Below, one piece after another: positions 61,799 to 64,000 of a DNA stretch of 64,000 nucleotides. A program made the translations under genes and the position numbers. Position 1 is the first letter of the stretch. Every line of letters begins with the position of its first letter. Below the pieces are notes generated by a model. It was not told the DNA's origin and did not search any database. It saw nothing but the letters and a program-made list of their open reading frames with translations. The DNA comes from Candidatus Shapirobacteria bacterium (lineage in GTDB: Bacteria > Patescibacteriota > Microgenomatia > UBA12405). The stretch is from contig JAQWFB010000001.1 of the NCBI GenBank assembly GCA_028704635.1, positions 133,541 to 197,540 of the forward strand, given 5' to 3'.

Positions 61799-63367
61799 TT
61801 ATCCAAATATTTCTTTTGCTACATCATAAATATCTCCACCACCCGCCTTATCATCTTTATTTTCCGACAACTGATCACTCACATGTTCCATCGGCGTATC
61901 ATTTTTAATTACCAACGGTTGTTTTTTATTTTTTGCTAAAACACATTCAAACCCTAAATTCACTCCAAAAACCTTCGAAATTCCCTCTTCCACTATTTTT
62001 CTATTTTTACTTTCTTCTAATCGATCTTTGTGAAACGGATAAAAAACTTCCAATAATAAAATATTTCCTTTGACAGATTTGGGTCTAGTTGCTCTCAAAA
62101 ATGCTTCAACCGCATAATTAAAAGGCTTTACTGCGGTCAACAAATTCCCCCATTTCCCCTCAATCGTTTCTATTTCTAAAGAACAAATGTTTTGTGAATC
62201 TTGTAGAGACGCATCATGATGCGTCTCTACCTTAGTAATAATAATTTTTTCCTCAATTTTTGTTTCATTTACAATCTGCTCCGCAGATTCTTCTATTTCC
62301 TCATTTTTTTTTACCCCACTTCTTTTAGTCTCTCCAAACTCCACCACTGCCAATTCCATTGGTAATTGATCAATTTCTACATCTTTCTCAATTTTTGATG
62401 CCTTTATTAAAAGATTCATAAAAAACTCAGATTCTTCTAGATTTAACCCATTCTTCTTTGCAGAATTTGTAGAAATGCCATAAAATGCCAAAATTTTCTT
62501 TTGGAAAAAATTCATTAATTTCAACCTAAAACTGGAAAAATCCACTCCATCATCTGCCATCTTTTCCAACTTTTCCAAAATTAATTTTATTTCCCCATTA
62601 TTTAAATCCTTATCAAAATCTTCCTCATTATAATTACCACTTTTATCCAAATAAAATTTAAAAACATCCTCTGTTTTCAACTTCTTCCCCAATTGTAAAT
62701 ATAATTCATTAAAGTTTCTTTGCAGATTTCTAAAACTTCCGTCACTTTTTTCCACAATAAAATCAATTGCCTCTTTAGCAATTTCAATCCCCTCACCCTC
62801 AATTATTTTTTTAAGTGAACTTATTAATTCATTTCTTCCACCCTTTCTAAAATCAACTCTCACTAATCTCGATAAAACCGTATCTGGAATTTTTTCAGCA
62901 TCAGTCGTACATAAAACAAAAATTGTGTGTTTTGGTGGTTCTTCAATCAATTTTAGCAAGGCATTAAACGCATCTTTAGTTAACATATGCACTTCATCAA
63001 TAATAAAAACTTTTTTATTCAATTTACTTGGTAGTAAATACGCTTTATCTTTTAGACTTCTTATATCTTCAATTCCCCTGTTTGATGCCGCATCCATTTC
63101 AATCACATCCATTGCTCCGCCCTTAATTATTTCTTTACAATTATCACATTCTTCACAAGGTTCACCATTTTTTAAGTCAGTACAATTAACCGCCCTGGCT
63201 AAAATCCTAGCTGCTGACGTTTTTCCTGCCCCTTTAGGCCCAGAAAATAAAAACGATTGAGGAACATCTTTTGCCGACAAATATTTTTTCAAGCTCTCAG
63301 CCACATCAGCCAAATCCAAATCAGAAAATTTAACTGGTCTATATTTTAAGTGAAAAACTGACATCAA
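61799..63367 (-). CDS. dnaX: DNA polymerase III gamma/tau subunit
   Basis: KYRP, GPKGAGKTS, DAASNRG, IDEVHML, NALLKLIEEPP. Confidence 0.97.
   Translation of the reverse strand: MMSVFHLKYRPVKFSDLDLADVAESLKKYLSAKDVPQSFLFSGPKGAGKTSAARILARAVNCTDLKNGEPCEECDNCKEIIKGGAMDVIEMDAASNRGIEDIRSLKDKAYLLPSKLNKKVFIIDEVHMLTKDAFNALLKLIEEPPKHTIFVLCTTDAEKIPDTVLSRLVRVDFRKGGRNELISSLKKIIEGEGIEIAKEAIDFIVEKSDGSFRNLQRNFNELYLQLGKKLKTEDVFKFYLDKSGNYNEEDFDKDLNNGEIKLILEKLEKMADDGVDFSSFRLKLMNFFQKKILAFYGISTNSAKKNGLNLEESEFFMNLLIKASKIEKDVEIDQLPMELAVVEFGETKRSGVKKNEEIEESAEQIVNETKIEEKIIITKVETHHDASLQDSQNICSLEIETIEGKWGNLLTAVKPFNYAVEAFLRATRPKSVKGNILLLEVFYPFHKDRLEESKNRKIVEEGISKVFGVNLGFECVLAKNKKQPLVIKNDTPMEHVSDQLSENKDDKAGGGDIYDVAKEIFG
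62203..62230. repeat. GTAG-REP, in-frame in dnaX (VETHHDASLQ)
   Basis: Perfect palindrome GTAGAGACGCATCATGATGCGTCTCTAC. Confidence 0.92.
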
Positions 63368-63413
63368 GAGATTAAACCAAAATAGCTAGCCTTTTACAAT
63401 AATCGCAAATGTA

Positions 63414-63776
63414 TCATTTCAACAAATTCTCAACCCCATGAACCAACCAACTATATAAAACAGTCTCTAAATCCGAATTTTGAAACTTCACTTCATACTT
63501 CAATTTTTGAGTACAAATCACAATATCTCCTAATCTAATTTTTCCATCCACATCTTTTTTCTTCGACATTGGAAATCCTAAAACCTGGGGAATATAAGAC
63601 ATGTTTCGATAATTAACATTCAAATCCTTTGCTTTTTTTCGTCCCACAAAATAAACACTCAATTCCACATCTTTTTTATAACCTTTCTCTTCAAGTGCCT
63701 TATTTGCCAACTCCTCTACTAGTCTGCTTTGTAGACCCCAATTCTTATTATGATTTATTAAAACCAAATTATCCAT
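63414..63776 (-). CDS. ybeY: YbeY-like protein, degenerate
   Basis: LN..YR, VLGFP, LGDIVIC, VHG; lacks the second and third His. Confidence 0.7.
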   Translation of the reverse strand: MDNLVLINHNKNWGLQSRLVEELANKALEEKGYKKDVELSVYFVGRKKAKDLNVNYRNMSYIPQVLGFPMSKKKDVDGKIRLGDIVICTQKLKYEVKFQNSDLETVLYSWLVHGVENLLK

Positions 63777-64000
63777 TAATCTTTTCTTTTACTATTCTTG
63801 AAATAACTCCACCATCCACTGTTCCCCCTGTTTTAATCATCACTTCCTTCATAATCATTCCAAAATTATTACCCTTTTCAGCCACAACTTGTTCTACAAT
63901 TTCGGAAATTTTGTCTTCACTCATTTCCGCCGGCAAATATTCCTTGACCACTGAAATTTCATAATCTAATTGATCAACCAAATCCTGTCGTGAAGCTTTT
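63769..64000 (-). CDS. GatB/YqeY domain protein (5' end outside the window)
   Basis: YLPAEMS...FGMIMKEV...VDG. Confidence 0.85.
   Translation of the reverse strand, partial: KASRQDLVDQLDYEISVVKEYLPAEMSEDKISEIVEQVVAEKGNNFGMIMKEVMIKTGGTVDGGVISRIVKEKING

Overview
AT-rich bacterial chromosome window using the standard genetic code. Gene content and style suggest a Patescibacteria/CPR genome, probably Microgenomates (inference). Bases 1-17 kb hold a minus-strand type IV pilus locus: pilB, pilT, pilC, a major pilin, pilD, about 9 minor pilins and a 1100-aa Cys-repeat surface protein. It is interrupted by a frameshifted membrane-protein gene and an opposite-strand peptidoglycan cassette (M14 peptidase + VanW). 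The rest is mostly housekeeping: holB-like, ligA, pth, a MacAB-type exporter, gyrBA, a Xer recombinase, pta, yebC, lgt-dksA-lspA-rluD, dnaB, hisS, rpmE, a short prfA, htrA, ctpA, rpsF-ssb-rpsR, cysS, recR, ybaB, dnaX and three tRNAs (Ala-CGC, Leu-CAA, His-GTG). Main signals: (1) a RAYT transposase whose 28-bp GTAG...CTAC REP palindromes sit in-frame inside core genes (ligA, pth, dnaX, pilD twice, and RAYT itself), adding VET/VGT-x5-LQ/LH peptides; (2) a second, differently built palindrome family, also in coding sequences and always in the same orientation; (3) a His-codon leader peptide with a complete 1:2/2:3/3:4 attenuator upstream of hisS; (4) a symmetric dif-like 11-6-11 site and shared motifs around the Xer gene; (5) pervasive leaderless promoters; (6) a VapBC module coupled to cysS.
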